Below, piece by piece: positions 30,630 to 39,436 of a DNA stretch of 47,063 nt (position 1 is its first letter; each line of letters begins with the position of its first letter). The stretch spans positions 1 to 47,063 of the forward strand of contig CAMVRX010000001.1 of NCBI GenBank assembly GCA_947170005.1, given 5' to 3'. The notes beneath the pieces were generated by a model. It saw only the letters and a list, made by a program, of their open reading frames with translations, was not told the origin of the DNA and did no database searches. The position numbers and the translations under genes were made by a program. Source of the DNA: an uncultured Elusimicrobium sp. (GTDB lineage: Bacteria > Elusimicrobiota > Elusimicrobia > Elusimicrobiales > Elusimicrobiaceae).

Positions 30630-31757
30630 TTAATTAAAGAAATTTACGGCAGTAGGTAGTAATACTTCTTCCATCACGCCCAGCGCAAACGAATCCGTCA
30701 TCCCGGCAATATAGTCGGCAATCGCGCTGTCAATTTCGGCAGCGTTTTCTTTATAAAAACCGCGCATGGATTTTAGATAATTGCCAAACCCGCGGGCCGC
30801 TTGGTGGGGTTCGCGTGCGTAGGCCTCATAATCAAAGCCGTGCTGCTTAAACAGCGCGCGGAAATAATCAAACACGTCGCGCAAACATTTAGATACGATT
30901 TCTTTGCGCCGCAGCATACTTTCGCTGCAGTAAATGCGTTGGTAATTAAAATCGCGCAGTTGGGAAATTAAATCAAATTTGTCGGCCGAAAAACCGATAA
31001 AATCTTTATCTTTGGAATGGCCGATTAAATCCAGCGTAAGCGTATTGATAATTTCCCCGTTGGAGGTGCCGATTTCTTTGCGTACGTCTTGCGGAATGTC
31101 GGCACGGGTAATTAAATCGGCCTTAATGGCGTCCTCAATATCGCGCCCAAAGTAGGCAATTTTATCGGCCAGGCGCACAATACAGCCCTCGTAGGTGGAA
31201 GGCATTTGCGTTCGGCCGGTAATGGTTTCCAAATCGTTGGGGGTTTGGCCGGGGCGCAGCGCATTGTTGGCAAAATCTTCACCGCAGTGGCAGATGATGC
31301 CGTCCTTCACGGCAAAAGTTAAATTGAGGCCTTCGCCGTAGTTGGCAATATGTTCTACCACGCGGTAGCTGTTGAGTTCATGCAGAAAGCGTTTGCCGGA
31401 GGGTTTTAAGCACGCGTCAATGGCGCGTTCGCCCTCGTGGCCGAAAGGGGCGTGACCGATATCGTGCCCCAGGCCGATGGCATAAGCCAAATCTTCACTA
31501 AGCTGCCAGTTGCCGCTTTTATTAAGCCCGCGGCAGATAGTGGCCGCAATGGTAGCCACGTGCAACACGTGTTCAATGCGGGTGCAAATGTGGTCGTTTT
31601 TAGGCGCAAAAAAGACTTGCGCTTTGTGTTTAAGACGGCGAAACGGCAGCGAATGAATGATTTTAGTTTGGTCCCGGAAATACTCATCGCGCAAATCGGG
31701 CGTGTGCGCGTGGGTGCGTTTTAAGTAAATTTCATCGGAAAACGGGTTTTTTATCAT
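30630..31757 (-). CDS. HD-domain dGTP triphosphohydrolase-like protein
   Basis: RD..KIIHS.PFRRLKHKAQVF, TRIEH, GHDIGHAPFGHEGE, DYIAGMTD; start re-assigned to MIKNPF. Confidence 0.9.
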   Translation of the reverse strand: MIKNPFSDEIYLKRTHAHTPDLRDEYFRDQTKIIHSLPFRRLKHKAQVFFAPKNDHICTRIEHVLHVATIAATICRGLNKSGNWQLSEDLAYAIGLGHDIGHAPFGHEGERAIDACLKPSGKRFLHELNSYRVVEHIANYGEGLNLTFAVKDGIICHCGEDFANNALRPGQTPNDLETITGRTQMPSTYEGCIVRLADKIAYFGRDIEDAIKADLITRADIPQDVRKEIGTSNGEIINTLTLDLIGHSKDKDFIGFSADKFDLISQLRDFNYQRIYCSESMLRRKEIVSKCLRDVFDYFRALFKQHGFDYEAYAREPHQAARGFGNYLKSMRGFYKENAAEIDSAIADYIAGMTDSFALGVMEEVLLPTAVNFFN

Positions 31758-31803
31758 AAAATTATGATACCATAATAGAAAGCCTACGTATAGAGGAGTT
31801 TTT

Positions 31804-32271
31804 ATGAAACCAGTGGTATTCCCCGGTAGTTTTGACCCCGTTACCAACGGGCACTTGGATTTAATTAAACGTGCCCGCGCTATTTTCGGCGCGGTAGTGG
31901 TAGTTGTGTTGCACAACCCTCAAAAACAAACTAAATTTACTGTGCAGGAGCGTGTCTCTTTATTAAAAGAAGCCCTGCGCGCGGAAGAAAATATCACGCT
32001 AGACAGTGCCGAGGGCTTACTGGCGGATTATATGAAAACGCACGGGTACACCACCGTAGTGCGCGGGCTGCGCAGCGCCCACGATTGGAACCAGGAACGT
32101 ACCCAAGTGTATTTTAACAAACGGTTTAACCCCGCGTTGGAAACGGTGTTTTTGCCGGCAGATGAAAAATATCAGTTTATCAGTTCTTCTGCGGTGAAAG
32201 AAGCCGTGGCGGCAGGGGGGGACGTGTGCGACTTAGTGCCCCCGTGTGTAGCCGATGTGCTAAAGAAATAA
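31804..32271 (+). CDS. coaD: Phosphopantetheine adenylyltransferase
   Basis: FPGSFDPVTNGHLD, VRGLR, ISSSAVKE. Confidence 0.97.
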   Translation: MKPVVFPGSFDPVTNGHLDLIKRARAIFGAVVVVVLHNPQKQTKFTVQERVSLLKEALRAEENITLDSAEGLLADYMKTHGYTTVVRGLRSAHDWNQERTQVYFNKRFNPALETVFLPADEKYQFISSSAVKEAVAAGGDVCDLVPPCVADVLKK

Positions 32272-32292
32272 AAAAGGATTTTATACAAACAC

Positions 32293-32322
32293 ACAGGCCC
32301 CCTTCGCAAGAAGGGGGCCTGT
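32293..32322. terminator. Hairpin between convergent coaD and tRNA-Gly
   Basis: acaggcccccttc-gcaa-gaagggggcctgt. Confidence 0.8.
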
Positions 32323-32326
32323 TAAA

Positions 32327-32400
32327 TGGAGCGGGCGAAGAGAATCGAACTCTCGTCTCAACCTTGGCAAGGTCGCGTTCTACCATTGAACCACGCCCGC
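32327..32400 (-). tRNA. tRNA-Gly (GCC)
   Basis: gcgggcg...gacc-ttGCCaa-ggtt...gttcgat...cgcccgc-tcca cloverleaf with encoded CCA. Confidence 0.97.
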
Positions 32401-32455
32401 AAAAACGGTTTATGCTACCTCTATAGTATAGCACTTTTTGCGCCCACGTGCAACC

Positions 32456-33334
32456 TTATTTTTTGGGGGAGGTAGTTTGTGTTTCCAGCAGTTGCGGGGC
32501 AATGCTTTTTAGGTAATAGTTTTCCGTCACCGCTTGGCGCACGGCCGGGTTTTGCTGCAAATCTTCCAACACCGGGTTGGCGTGGATAATTTTAACCGCT
32601 TCTTGCGGATGATCGCGGTAATATTTAACGGCTTTGCTGGTGAGCAAATAGCTCATAAACCGGCTGCCGCCGATTTTGCGTACTAGCTCCGGGTTGGCTA
32701 AAATTTGTTGTACTACATCACTGTAAAAAAAGTCGTTCATCGCTGCGGCATCTTGGGCAAATGCCGCGAGTAATTGCGGGTCGGCCAGTAAGGGGGCCAC
32801 ATCCCCGCGGGTAATGAAGGCTTCGCCTACTTCCTGGCGGTTAAGCAGGTAGCGGATAAGTTCCGGGTCTTTGATATTAGCGGAGAGGTTTTCCGTCAGT
32901 GCCCACGGTGCCATACCGATAATGCCATAGTTTTTGGCGGTAATGGATTGAAAATTAAACCGGTTAATAACTGGCAGCGTGGTGCCCAGTTCGTCCACGG
33001 CTACGTTACGGTCCTGCCCTTCGTAAATTTGTACGTAGGTCACATTTTTGGACGGATTAAACTCGGCCTGGGCGGCGGGACCTTGCAGCTGTTGGGGGTT
33101 TATAGAGTCCAGGATATTATCCGCCCGCGTTTTTAAATTGCTGGTAATCAACCAAACCAAAGCGGCTATCACCACCACTGCGGCAGCCAGACCCAAGGCC
33201 AGCATAGTTAAGAAAGAGTGCTCTTTAAGCGGCCTGGGCTCTTGGGTTTGCAGCACGTCTTTTTGCAACGTAGCCGGCATTTTGTAGTACTTTTGCGGGT
33301 GACGCAAGCGGTCTATAATTTCTTCGGTTTTCAT
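32456..33334 (-). CDS. Hypothetical single-TM protein
   Basis: Long ORF with one hydrophobic segment near residues 41-63. Confidence 0.75.
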   Translation of the reverse strand: MKTEEIIDRLRHPQKYYKMPATLQKDVLQTQEPRPLKEHSFLTMLALGLAAAVVVIAALVWLITSNLKTRADNILDSINPQQLQGPAAQAEFNPSKNVTYVQIYEGQDRNVAVDELGTTLPVINRFNFQSITAKNYGIIGMAPWALTENLSANIKDPELIRYLLNRQEVGEAFITRGDVAPLLADPQLLAAFAQDAAAMNDFFYSDVVQQILANPELVRKIGGSRFMSYLLTSKAVKYYRDHPQEAVKIIHANPVLEDLQQNPAVRQAVTENYYLKSIAPQLLETQTTSPKK

Positions 33335-33404
33335 ATCCGTTCACCTGATAAATCAAGTATAATTTATTATATGAAATCTTGCAACACCTAAAAAGAGGAG
33401 CCCT

Positions 33405-33785
33405 ATGCAAAAAACTATTTTTTACCATGATACCGATTGCGGAAATGTGGTCTATTACGCCAATTACTTAAAATACTTTGAGGAGGCCCGCACCTTGTAT
33501 ATGGCTCAAAAAGGGTTTTCCGTGCCGGACTTAATGCAGCGCGGGAAGTACTTTGTGGTGGCCCGGCAAGAGGTGGAATATAAGTATCCCGTGCGCTACG
33601 GGGACGTTATTACCGTAGACACGAAGGTATTGGAAATTTCGGACATTAAAATTGTATTTGAAAATGTAATTACTAACCAAAACGGTCGCTTGTGCACCAA
33701 GGGAAAAACGACCCTGGTATGTGTGGACAGCAACGGGGTGCCTACGGCCATGGGTGTGGATGTAAAGGCCGCTATGTCCCGGTAA
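33405..33785 (+). CDS. YbgC/4HBT-family acyl-CoA thioesterase
   Basis: YHDTDCGNVVYYANYLKYFEEART; GAGGAG SD. Confidence 0.9.
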   Translation: MQKTIFYHDTDCGNVVYYANYLKYFEEARTLYMAQKGFSVPDLMQRGKYFVVARQEVEYKYPVRYGDVITVDTKVLEISDIKIVFENVITNQNGRLCTKGKTTLVCVDSNGVPTAMGVDVKAAMSR

Positions 33786-33797
33786 GATTGGAGTGCC

Positions 33798-33838
33798 AAA
33801 AAAGCGGGCGGAACCTATTTGAGGTTCTGCCCGCTTTT
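33798..33838 (+). terminator. Intrinsic terminator
   Basis: aaaagcgggcggaacct-atttg-aggttctgcccgctttt. Confidence 0.85.
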
Positions 33839-34004
33839 ATGGATAAAAGTCTAAAGTCTGCTTTGTACCAAACAGGGCAACACGTGGGCGATCTCCTCAA
33901 CCGTGTGTGCCATGGCGGGGTTGTAGGGCACTTGGGCCTAGGCCCCAGGGACTGAAGGGGTGTAAATTAGAAAGAAATTATGTAGAATAAAGAAGAAGTA
34001 AAAA

Positions 34005-34207
34005 TACAATTTGATCTGTTTTTGGAAGCGTTTTAGAAACGCATACCTTTTTAGGTGATAGCAACGCCAAAAACAACTGCCTTAGGCATAAAGAGATGGA
34101 CCTTCGAAACCCATTTCTTTATGCTCAATGTTTATCGTTTCGTGCGGTAAACTACGGCTGTTGTATGTATGGTTTGTTGCTATCCCATAGGTGCAGTAGC
34201 CGTTTTT
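34005..34207 (+). ncRNA. Pilin leader attenuator-like RNA, copy E5
   Basis: tacaatttgatctgtttttgga; P1 gatagcaac/gttgctatc; terminator cggctgttgtat...gtgcagtagccg-ttttt. Confidence 0.75.
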
Positions 34208-34263
34208 GCATGCGTTTTCCGGACAGGTTAAATTGTAAAAATTAAAAACAAAGAGGAAAACGT

Positions 34264-34755
34264 ATGACAAAAAGCAACACCCGGCGGGGTTTCACGCAGC
34301 TAGTTGTTCTTCCCAAAGGCTTTACTTTAATTGAGCTCTTGGTGGTAGTGCTGATTATCGGCATTTTGGCGGCGGTGGCAATACCACAATACCAAAAGGC
34401 GGTAGCCAAAAGCAGGTTTACCGAGGCGTTTGTAAACCTAAAATATCTGGCCCAAAGGACCCAAGTGTATAAGTTGGAACACGGGGAAAACCCTGAAGGC
34501 CAGCTATTTTGGGATGAGGTAAGAGACAGCGACAACTTTTTTTATAATGCGGGAGATGGTAATGGTAATAACTATGTACTAGCATCAGTCGGTTACAAAA
34601 AAGAAGAAGTGTGTATTTGCTATACCAAAGACCAAACATTTGTACTTTACCAAGACAGAGAAAATTCTAATTGTGCCCAAAACCCGGCCTCTTACGATTA
34701 TGCACAATTATTAAATATCCCGGAGGTGGATGAAGATACGTGTATGTGTTGTTAA
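34264..34755 (+). CDS. Type IV pilin-like protein 5 (CxCC C-terminus)
   Basis: [13 protein letters not shown]|FTLIELL; ends CMCC. Confidence 0.92.
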   Translation: MTKSNTRRGFTQLVVLPKGFTLIELLVVVLIIGILAAVAIPQYQKAVAKSRFTEAFVNLKYLAQRTQVYKLEHGENPEGQLFWDEVRDSDNFFYNAGDGNGNNYVLASVGYKKEEVCICYTKDQTFVLYQDRENSNCAQNPASYDYAQLLNIPEVDEDTCMCC

Positions 34756-34769
34756 ACAAATCAGTCTAA

Positions 34770-35531
34770 TCAATTAGGTTTGTTTAATGCCACGTGCCAC
34801 AGAAATTCGGTGTTGCCGTGGGTGCCTTTGATGGGGGACTCAATCACATCCCCGCCCACGGCATTATATTGGGTGCGTAAATTTTCTTCAAAATAGTTTT
34901 GCACGCGCGCAATAGCCAGTTGGCGGTTTTCGTCGGTTTTGACAATGCCGTGCGGCACTTGTTTGGGGGTCAGCTCAAATTGCGGTTTAATTAAAAAGAC
35001 AATTTCGCTTTGAGGGGCCATCACTCTAAATAATGGTTCCATAATCATGGTAAGCGAAATAAAGGACACATCCACCGCCGCAAACTGCGGGGGCGTATCA
35101 AACAAATCCGGCGTCATATAGCGGGCGTTGGTTTCGGGTTTGAAAATAAAATTGTTATAGCGGCGCATTTCGTCCGCCAGTTGGCCCTTACCTACGTCTA
35201 CGCCGTACACGGTTTTTGCCCCGGCTTGAATCATACAATCGCTAAACCCGCCGGTGGCTACGCCAATATCCACACATACTTTGCCTGTTAAATCAATGTG
35301 CCAATGTTTGAGTGCGTGTGCCAATTTTAAGCCGCCGCGCGAAACGTAAGGGCATGATTTTTCTTTGAGGGCAATTACATCTTCGGGCAAAATGGTGCGG
35401 TCGGCGCGGGTTTCCACTTGGTTATTAACAAGCACTTCGCCCGCCATAATGGAGGCCTGCGCGCGCGTGCGGCTGTTAAAAAAGCCTTGCTCCACCAGCG
35501 CTTGGTCCAAGCGCAGTTTATTCTTCGCCAT
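34770..35531 (-). CDS. tlyA: TlyA family rRNA methyltransferase
   Basis: S4 domain, YVSRGGLKL, DIGVATGGF, DVSFISL, LIKPQFE, SPIKG..GN.EF. Confidence 0.94.
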   Translation of the reverse strand: MAKNKLRLDQALVEQGFFNSRTRAQASIMAGEVLVNNQVETRADRTILPEDVIALKEKSCPYVSRGGLKLAHALKHWHIDLTGKVCVDIGVATGGFSDCMIQAGAKTVYGVDVGKGQLADEMRRYNNFIFKPETNARYMTPDLFDTPPQFAAVDVSFISLTMIMEPLFRVMAPQSEIVFLIKPQFELTPKQVPHGIVKTDENRQLAIARVQNYFEENLRTQYNAVGGDVIESPIKGTHGNTEFLWHVALNKPN

Positions 35532-35766
35532 CTGCTCCCTCGGCCAGTTCGGTATCAAAAGGTTCGGCTACCAGCTCACTCCCTTTCTTTTTAAGTTCTT
35601 GTACTTTGAATTTAACCGTTTCCAATTTTTGCGCCAATTCTTTGGAAAGAGTGATGCCTTCTTCAAAGAGTTTGACGGAAGCATCTAAATCCGTTTGTTC
35701 TTCTTCCAAATTTTGCACAATTTCTTCCAAACGTGCCAGTTGTTTTTCAAAAGTTAGTTTAGGCAT
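35518..35766 (-). CDS. xseB: Exodeoxyribonuclease VII small subunit
   Basis: TFEKQLARLEEIV..LE....LD.SV.LFEEG; downstream of xseA. Confidence 0.94.
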   Translation of the reverse strand: MPKLTFEKQLARLEEIVQNLEEEQTDLDASVKLFEEGITLSKELAQKLETVKFKVQELKKKGSELVAEPFDTELAEGADGEE

Positions 35767-36971
35767 TATTTAACCTCCGTATGAATCATACCGTCTTGTA
35801 CTTGTACGTAAATCTTTTCGCCGGGGACGGTCTGTCCCACGCGGCTGATGACAGTGCCGTCTTGCTTGCGCGTAATGCTGTAGCCGCGTTTTAATACCGC
35901 TTGCGGCCCCAACGCGCGAAGTTTTTGGCAAGCTACGTCAAAGCGGTGCACAAAATTAGTGAGTTTTTCCGCCCAAGCGGTTTCCAAACGCAAAGAAAGT
36001 TCGTCCAGCTCCTGCTCTTTGGCTTGCGTTAAAATTTCCGGGTCTTTTAACACGCGTGAATTTACCGCCAAATCAAAGCGGCTTTTGAAACGCTCGTAAA
36101 ATAAAGACACGGCTTGTAACATCCGTTTTTGCAAATTGGCAATTTGCGTAGCGGTGTTTTGGGAGTTTTGCACCACCAGTTCCGCGGCTGCCGATGGGGT
36201 AGGGGCGCGCAAGTCGGCCACAAAGTCGGCAATGGTAAAGTCCACCTCGTGCCCCACGCAGGAAATGACCGGGATTTTGCTCTTAAAAATAGCGCGGGCG
36301 ACAATTTCTTCGTTAAACGCCCACAAATCTTCCAAACTGCCCCCGCCGCGACCCACTAAAAGCACATCCAGCGTGGGCGTAAAATGGTTCAAGTCTTCTA
36401 CGGCCTGTGCAATTTGCGCGGCGGCTTCGTCCCCTTGCACTAAAACAGGGGCAATGAACACTTCCAAGTGCGGGTTGCGCCGTTTTAACACGGACAAAAT
36501 ATCGCGCACCGCGGCCCCGGTGGGCGAGGTTACCACCCCAATACGCTGCGGGTAAGCGGGGATTTCTTTTTTATGTTCGGGCGCAAAAAGGCCTTCGCTC
36601 TCCAGTTTCTTTTTAAGCCGTTCAAATTCCAAATACAAGTTGCCCTTGGCCAACGCTTCTACTTTTTTAACAATAATTTGATACCGGCCGGACTTGGCAT
36701 ACACGTCCAAGCTGCCCCACACGCGCACTTGCACTCCGTCCTGGAGTTCCAGCGAGTATTTACGCGCATCCCACTTGAACATCACGGCGGCCAGCAGGGC
36801 CTCGCGGTCTTTTAAGTTGAAATAGAGGTGCCCGTTGGCGGACTCGCTTAAGCTGCTCACTTCTCCCTCTACAAAAATGTCACGGAACACGCCGCCCATC
36901 ATTTGTTTGACGGCCAGCGTAAGGGCAGTAACGGTAAAAACTTGACCTCTAAACGGGGCTTCGGGCTCCAT
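35766..36971 (-). CDS. xseA: Exodeoxyribonuclease VII large subunit
   Basis: GHLYFNLKD, VTSPTGAAVRD, RGGGSLEDLWAFN, GHEVD, RAPTPSAAAE. Confidence 0.97.
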   Translation of the reverse strand: MEPEAPFRGQVFTVTALTLAVKQMMGGVFRDIFVEGEVSSLSESANGHLYFNLKDREALLAAVMFKWDARKYSLELQDGVQVRVWGSLDVYAKSGRYQIIVKKVEALAKGNLYLEFERLKKKLESEGLFAPEHKKEIPAYPQRIGVVTSPTGAAVRDILSVLKRRNPHLEVFIAPVLVQGDEAAAQIAQAVEDLNHFTPTLDVLLVGRGGGSLEDLWAFNEEIVARAIFKSKIPVISCVGHEVDFTIADFVADLRAPTPSAAAELVVQNSQNTATQIANLQKRMLQAVSLFYERFKSRFDLAVNSRVLKDPEILTQAKEQELDELSLRLETAWAEKLTNFVHRFDVACQKLRALGPQAVLKRGYSITRKQDGTVISRVGQTVPGEKIYVQVQDGMIHTEVK

Positions 36972-38216
36972 TTATTCTCCTTTGAGTTCCTTGAGTTTTT
37001 GGATGAGCGCAGCCTCGCGCCCCAGGGTGCCCGGCTCAAAGAATTTGACGGGGTCGGGCATATAGAGTTGTTTGACGTAATGGTTTTTGAAATCGTGTGC
37101 GTATTTATAGCCGCGGTTTTTACCGCCACTTCTGAGGTGGTCGGGCACCGGGCGGTAGCGGCCTTCGCGCACTTCGGCCAGGGCCTTATCCACCGCCAAA
37201 TAGGCTGAGTTACTTTTGGGGCAGCATGCCACGTAAATAGCGGCGTGTGCCAAGGGAATGCGCACTTCGGGCATGCCCAGTTCTTCGGCCGCAGCAAAGG
37301 CGGCTTGGGCAATCATCACGGCGTAGGGCTCGGCCAGGCCGACGTCCTCGCACGCGCAAATGAGAATGCGCCGGGCGATAAAGCGCGGGTCCTCACCGCT
37401 TTCAAGCATACGGGCCAGCCAATAGACGGCGGCATCGGGGTCCGAGCCGCGCATGGACTTAATGAAAGCGGAAATAATATCGTAGTGTTCGTCGCCTTTT
37501 TTATCGTAGCGCAGGTGGCGCTTTTGAATGCACTCTTGGGCAATTTCCAGCGTGATATGTTTTTTGCCTTTTTTGTCGGGCGCGGTGGTAACAAACGCCA
37601 GTTCGGCGGCGTTTAGCATTTTGCGCGAGTCGCCGTTGGCTTGGGTGATAAAAAATTCGGCCGCGTCTTTGTCTATTTTGGCGTTTTCGTTTTCGGCCGC
37701 GCGCGTTAAGATTTTAAGTAAATCTTTGTCACCAAGCGGCTTAAATTCAAACACCGAAAAGCGCGAGAGTAGCGCATTGTTAATGTAGAAATACGGGTTT
37801 TCGGTCGTAATGCCGATTAAAATAATATCCCCGCGCTCCACGGAGGGCAGCAGTACATCTTGCTGTGTTTTATTAAAGTGGTGGATTTCGTCTAAAATCA
37901 CCAGCGTGCGGCGTTGGTCAAAGGAAGGGGTTACTGCGCGCTCTTTGGCTTCGGCCAGCACTTTTTTAAGGTCCGCCACGCCGGCAGCGGCGGCGTTTAA
38001 CTCCACCGTGTAGGCTTGTGTGCGCGAGGCAATATAGCGCGCCGTAGCGGTTTTACCGCAACCGGGCGGGCCAAAGAACACTGCCGATTTAATCATATCG
38101 GCTTCCAGCAAACGGCGCAGCATTTTACCCGGGCCCAACAGGTGCGGTTGCCCGGCAAAATCCTCCAGTTTTTTAGGGGCTTGGCGTGCGGCCAAGGGCA
38201 TGGCTTCGGTGTTCAT
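36972..38216 (-). CDS. rarA: Replication-associated recombination protein RarA/MgsA
   Basis: GPPGCGKT, DEIHHFNKTQQD, TTENP, SAFIKSMRGSDPDAA. Confidence 0.95.
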   Translation of the reverse strand: MNTEAMPLAARQAPKKLEDFAGQPHLLGPGKMLRRLLEADMIKSAVFFGPPGCGKTATARYIASRTQAYTVELNAAAAGVADLKKVLAEAKERAVTPSFDQRRTLVILDEIHHFNKTQQDVLLPSVERGDIILIGITTENPYFYINNALLSRFSVFEFKPLGDKDLLKILTRAAENENAKIDKDAAEFFITQANGDSRKMLNAAELAFVTTAPDKKGKKHITLEIAQECIQKRHLRYDKKGDEHYDIISAFIKSMRGSDPDAAVYWLARMLESGEDPRFIARRILICACEDVGLAEPYAVMIAQAAFAAAEELGMPEVRIPLAHAAIYVACCPKSNSAYLAVDKALAEVREGRYRPVPDHLRSGGKNRGYKYAHDFKNHYVKQLYMPDPVKFFEPGTLGREAALIQKLKELKGE

Positions 38217-38503
38217 TTGGTTTCCTGCGCGGCTTTTAATTTCAAAATCAGTTCATCCAGGCGGCTGAGTTCTTCCTGGCGTTTGCCGCCCTCGTTTTGG
38301 CTTTTTAAGTAGGCTTGTCCGGCAAAATACAAGGCGGCGTGCAGGGCTTGTTTTAACGTGTCAATTTCGCCGTCCATTTGCACTTGCAGCATGTAATTTT
38401 CCACTTGCGCGGCCAATTCGGTCAGTTCCATTCCGCCCAGGCCCGAGTTTTCCACCTCCAGCGGGATGCGCTTGATTTCTACTTGGACGATATCTTTTGC
38501 CAT
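38213..38503 (-). CDS. zapA: ZapA-like cell division protein
   Basis: Size and pattern V.VEI...ELA..V...M......DT....L.AAL..A plus a C-terminal coil. Confidence 0.65.
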   Translation of the reverse strand: MAKDIVQVEIKRIPLEVENSGLGGMELTELAAQVENYMLQVQMDGEIDTLKQALHAALYFAGQAYLKSQNEGGKRQEELSRLDELILKLKAAQETK

Positions 38504-38551
38504 ATAGTTTATTGTACTTTATTTTTGGAACTTTATTTATTATACTATACA

Positions 38552-38742
38552 TACAATTTGATCTGTTTTTGAGCCGTATAGAGCATACGGGTTACTTCTT
38601 GGAAGTATTCAGCAAAGTCAAAAACAGCCGATTAGGTGCACAAAGGCGACGGCCCGCGTGCGCCGAATGTTTTCCGCTTGGCGGAGAGCTACGGCTGTTA
38701 TGTTGGGTTATTTTGCTGAAACCGAATGTATCAGCCGTTTGT
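38552..38742 (+). ncRNA. Pilin leader attenuator-like RNA, copy E6
   Basis: tacaatttgatctgtttttga / tcaaaaacagccg (compensated); P1 ttcagcaaagt/attttgctgaa; TATACT just upstream. Confidence 0.75.
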
Positions 38743-38786
38743 ACGTCCTCAAAACTGAAAGAATTGAAATAAAGAGGAGGATGTAT

Positions 38787-39326
38787 ATGAACAACAAAAA
38801 TACCCGGCGGGGTTTTACGCAATGTTGTTTTGCCAAGGGCTTTACGCTTATTGAGCTTTTGGTGGTGGTGCTGATTATCGGTATTTTGGCAGCGGTAGCC
38901 GTGCCGCAATACCAAAAAGCAGTAGTAAAAGCACGGTTTGCGGAGGCTATTACCGTATTAAAACAGATAAAGCAAGCAAAAGATATTTGCCTCTTAAGTG
39001 GAAAGGGTGGAAATGAGTGTAACAAGTTGTCAAATCTAGATATTGATTTTCCAGGTGGAAATCAATACGGTTTCACAACCACACATTTTGATTTTACGTC
39101 GTACGATGGTTACAACGGGTTTCCCGGTCCTACGGCAGCCTATTTAGATGAAGATGTATGTTTGTGTTACTATAATGACGCCAACGAAGATAGTTATGAG
39201 GAAAGCGTGCATTCCCAATTAACTATTTCACAAAATACAGAAACGTGTGGAACGCCCCACACTAGTTTTGATTATGCAAAACTGCTCAACATCCGGGAAA
39301 TAGAGGATGCTTGCGGTTGTTGTTAA
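38787..39326 (+). CDS. Type IV pilin-like protein 6 (CxCC C-terminus)
   Basis: [18 protein letters not shown]|FTLIELL; GAGGAGG SD; ends CGCC. Confidence 0.92.
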   Translation: MNNKNTRRGFTQCCFAKGFTLIELLVVVLIIGILAAVAVPQYQKAVVKARFAEAITVLKQIKQAKDICLLSGKGGNECNKLSNLDIDFPGGNQYGFTTTHFDFTSYDGYNGFPGPTAAYLDEDVCLCYYNDANEDSYEESVHSQLTISQNTETCGTPHTSFDYAKLLNIREIEDACGCC

Positions 39327-39350
39327 AAACAAAAAGAAAGGCTTTTGTAT

Positions 39351-39422
39351 TTCCCGCACGCGTACATACGCGTGCGGAATTTTCATCGCCAAGGTGTTGT
39401 TGGTGCTACGCGTGCGGAATTT
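39351..39422. repeat. Palindrome plus 16-bp direct repeat upstream of pheS
   Basis: ccgcacgcgta-ca-tacgcgtgcgg; tacgcgtgcggaattt at 39367 and 39407. Confidence 0.7.
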
Positions 39423-39436
39423 ACTATAATATTACC

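Noticed and set aside
33851-33913. 20-codon minus-strand ORF between the thioesterase and pilin 5
   Set aside because: No SD or other support
38200-38216. 6S RNA after zapA
   Set aside because: zapA overlaps rarA directly, leaving no room
39327-39436. T-box or pheM-type attenuator upstream of pheS
   Set aside because: The gap is too short, has no T-box motif, and the -10 box sits 6 nt from the ATG
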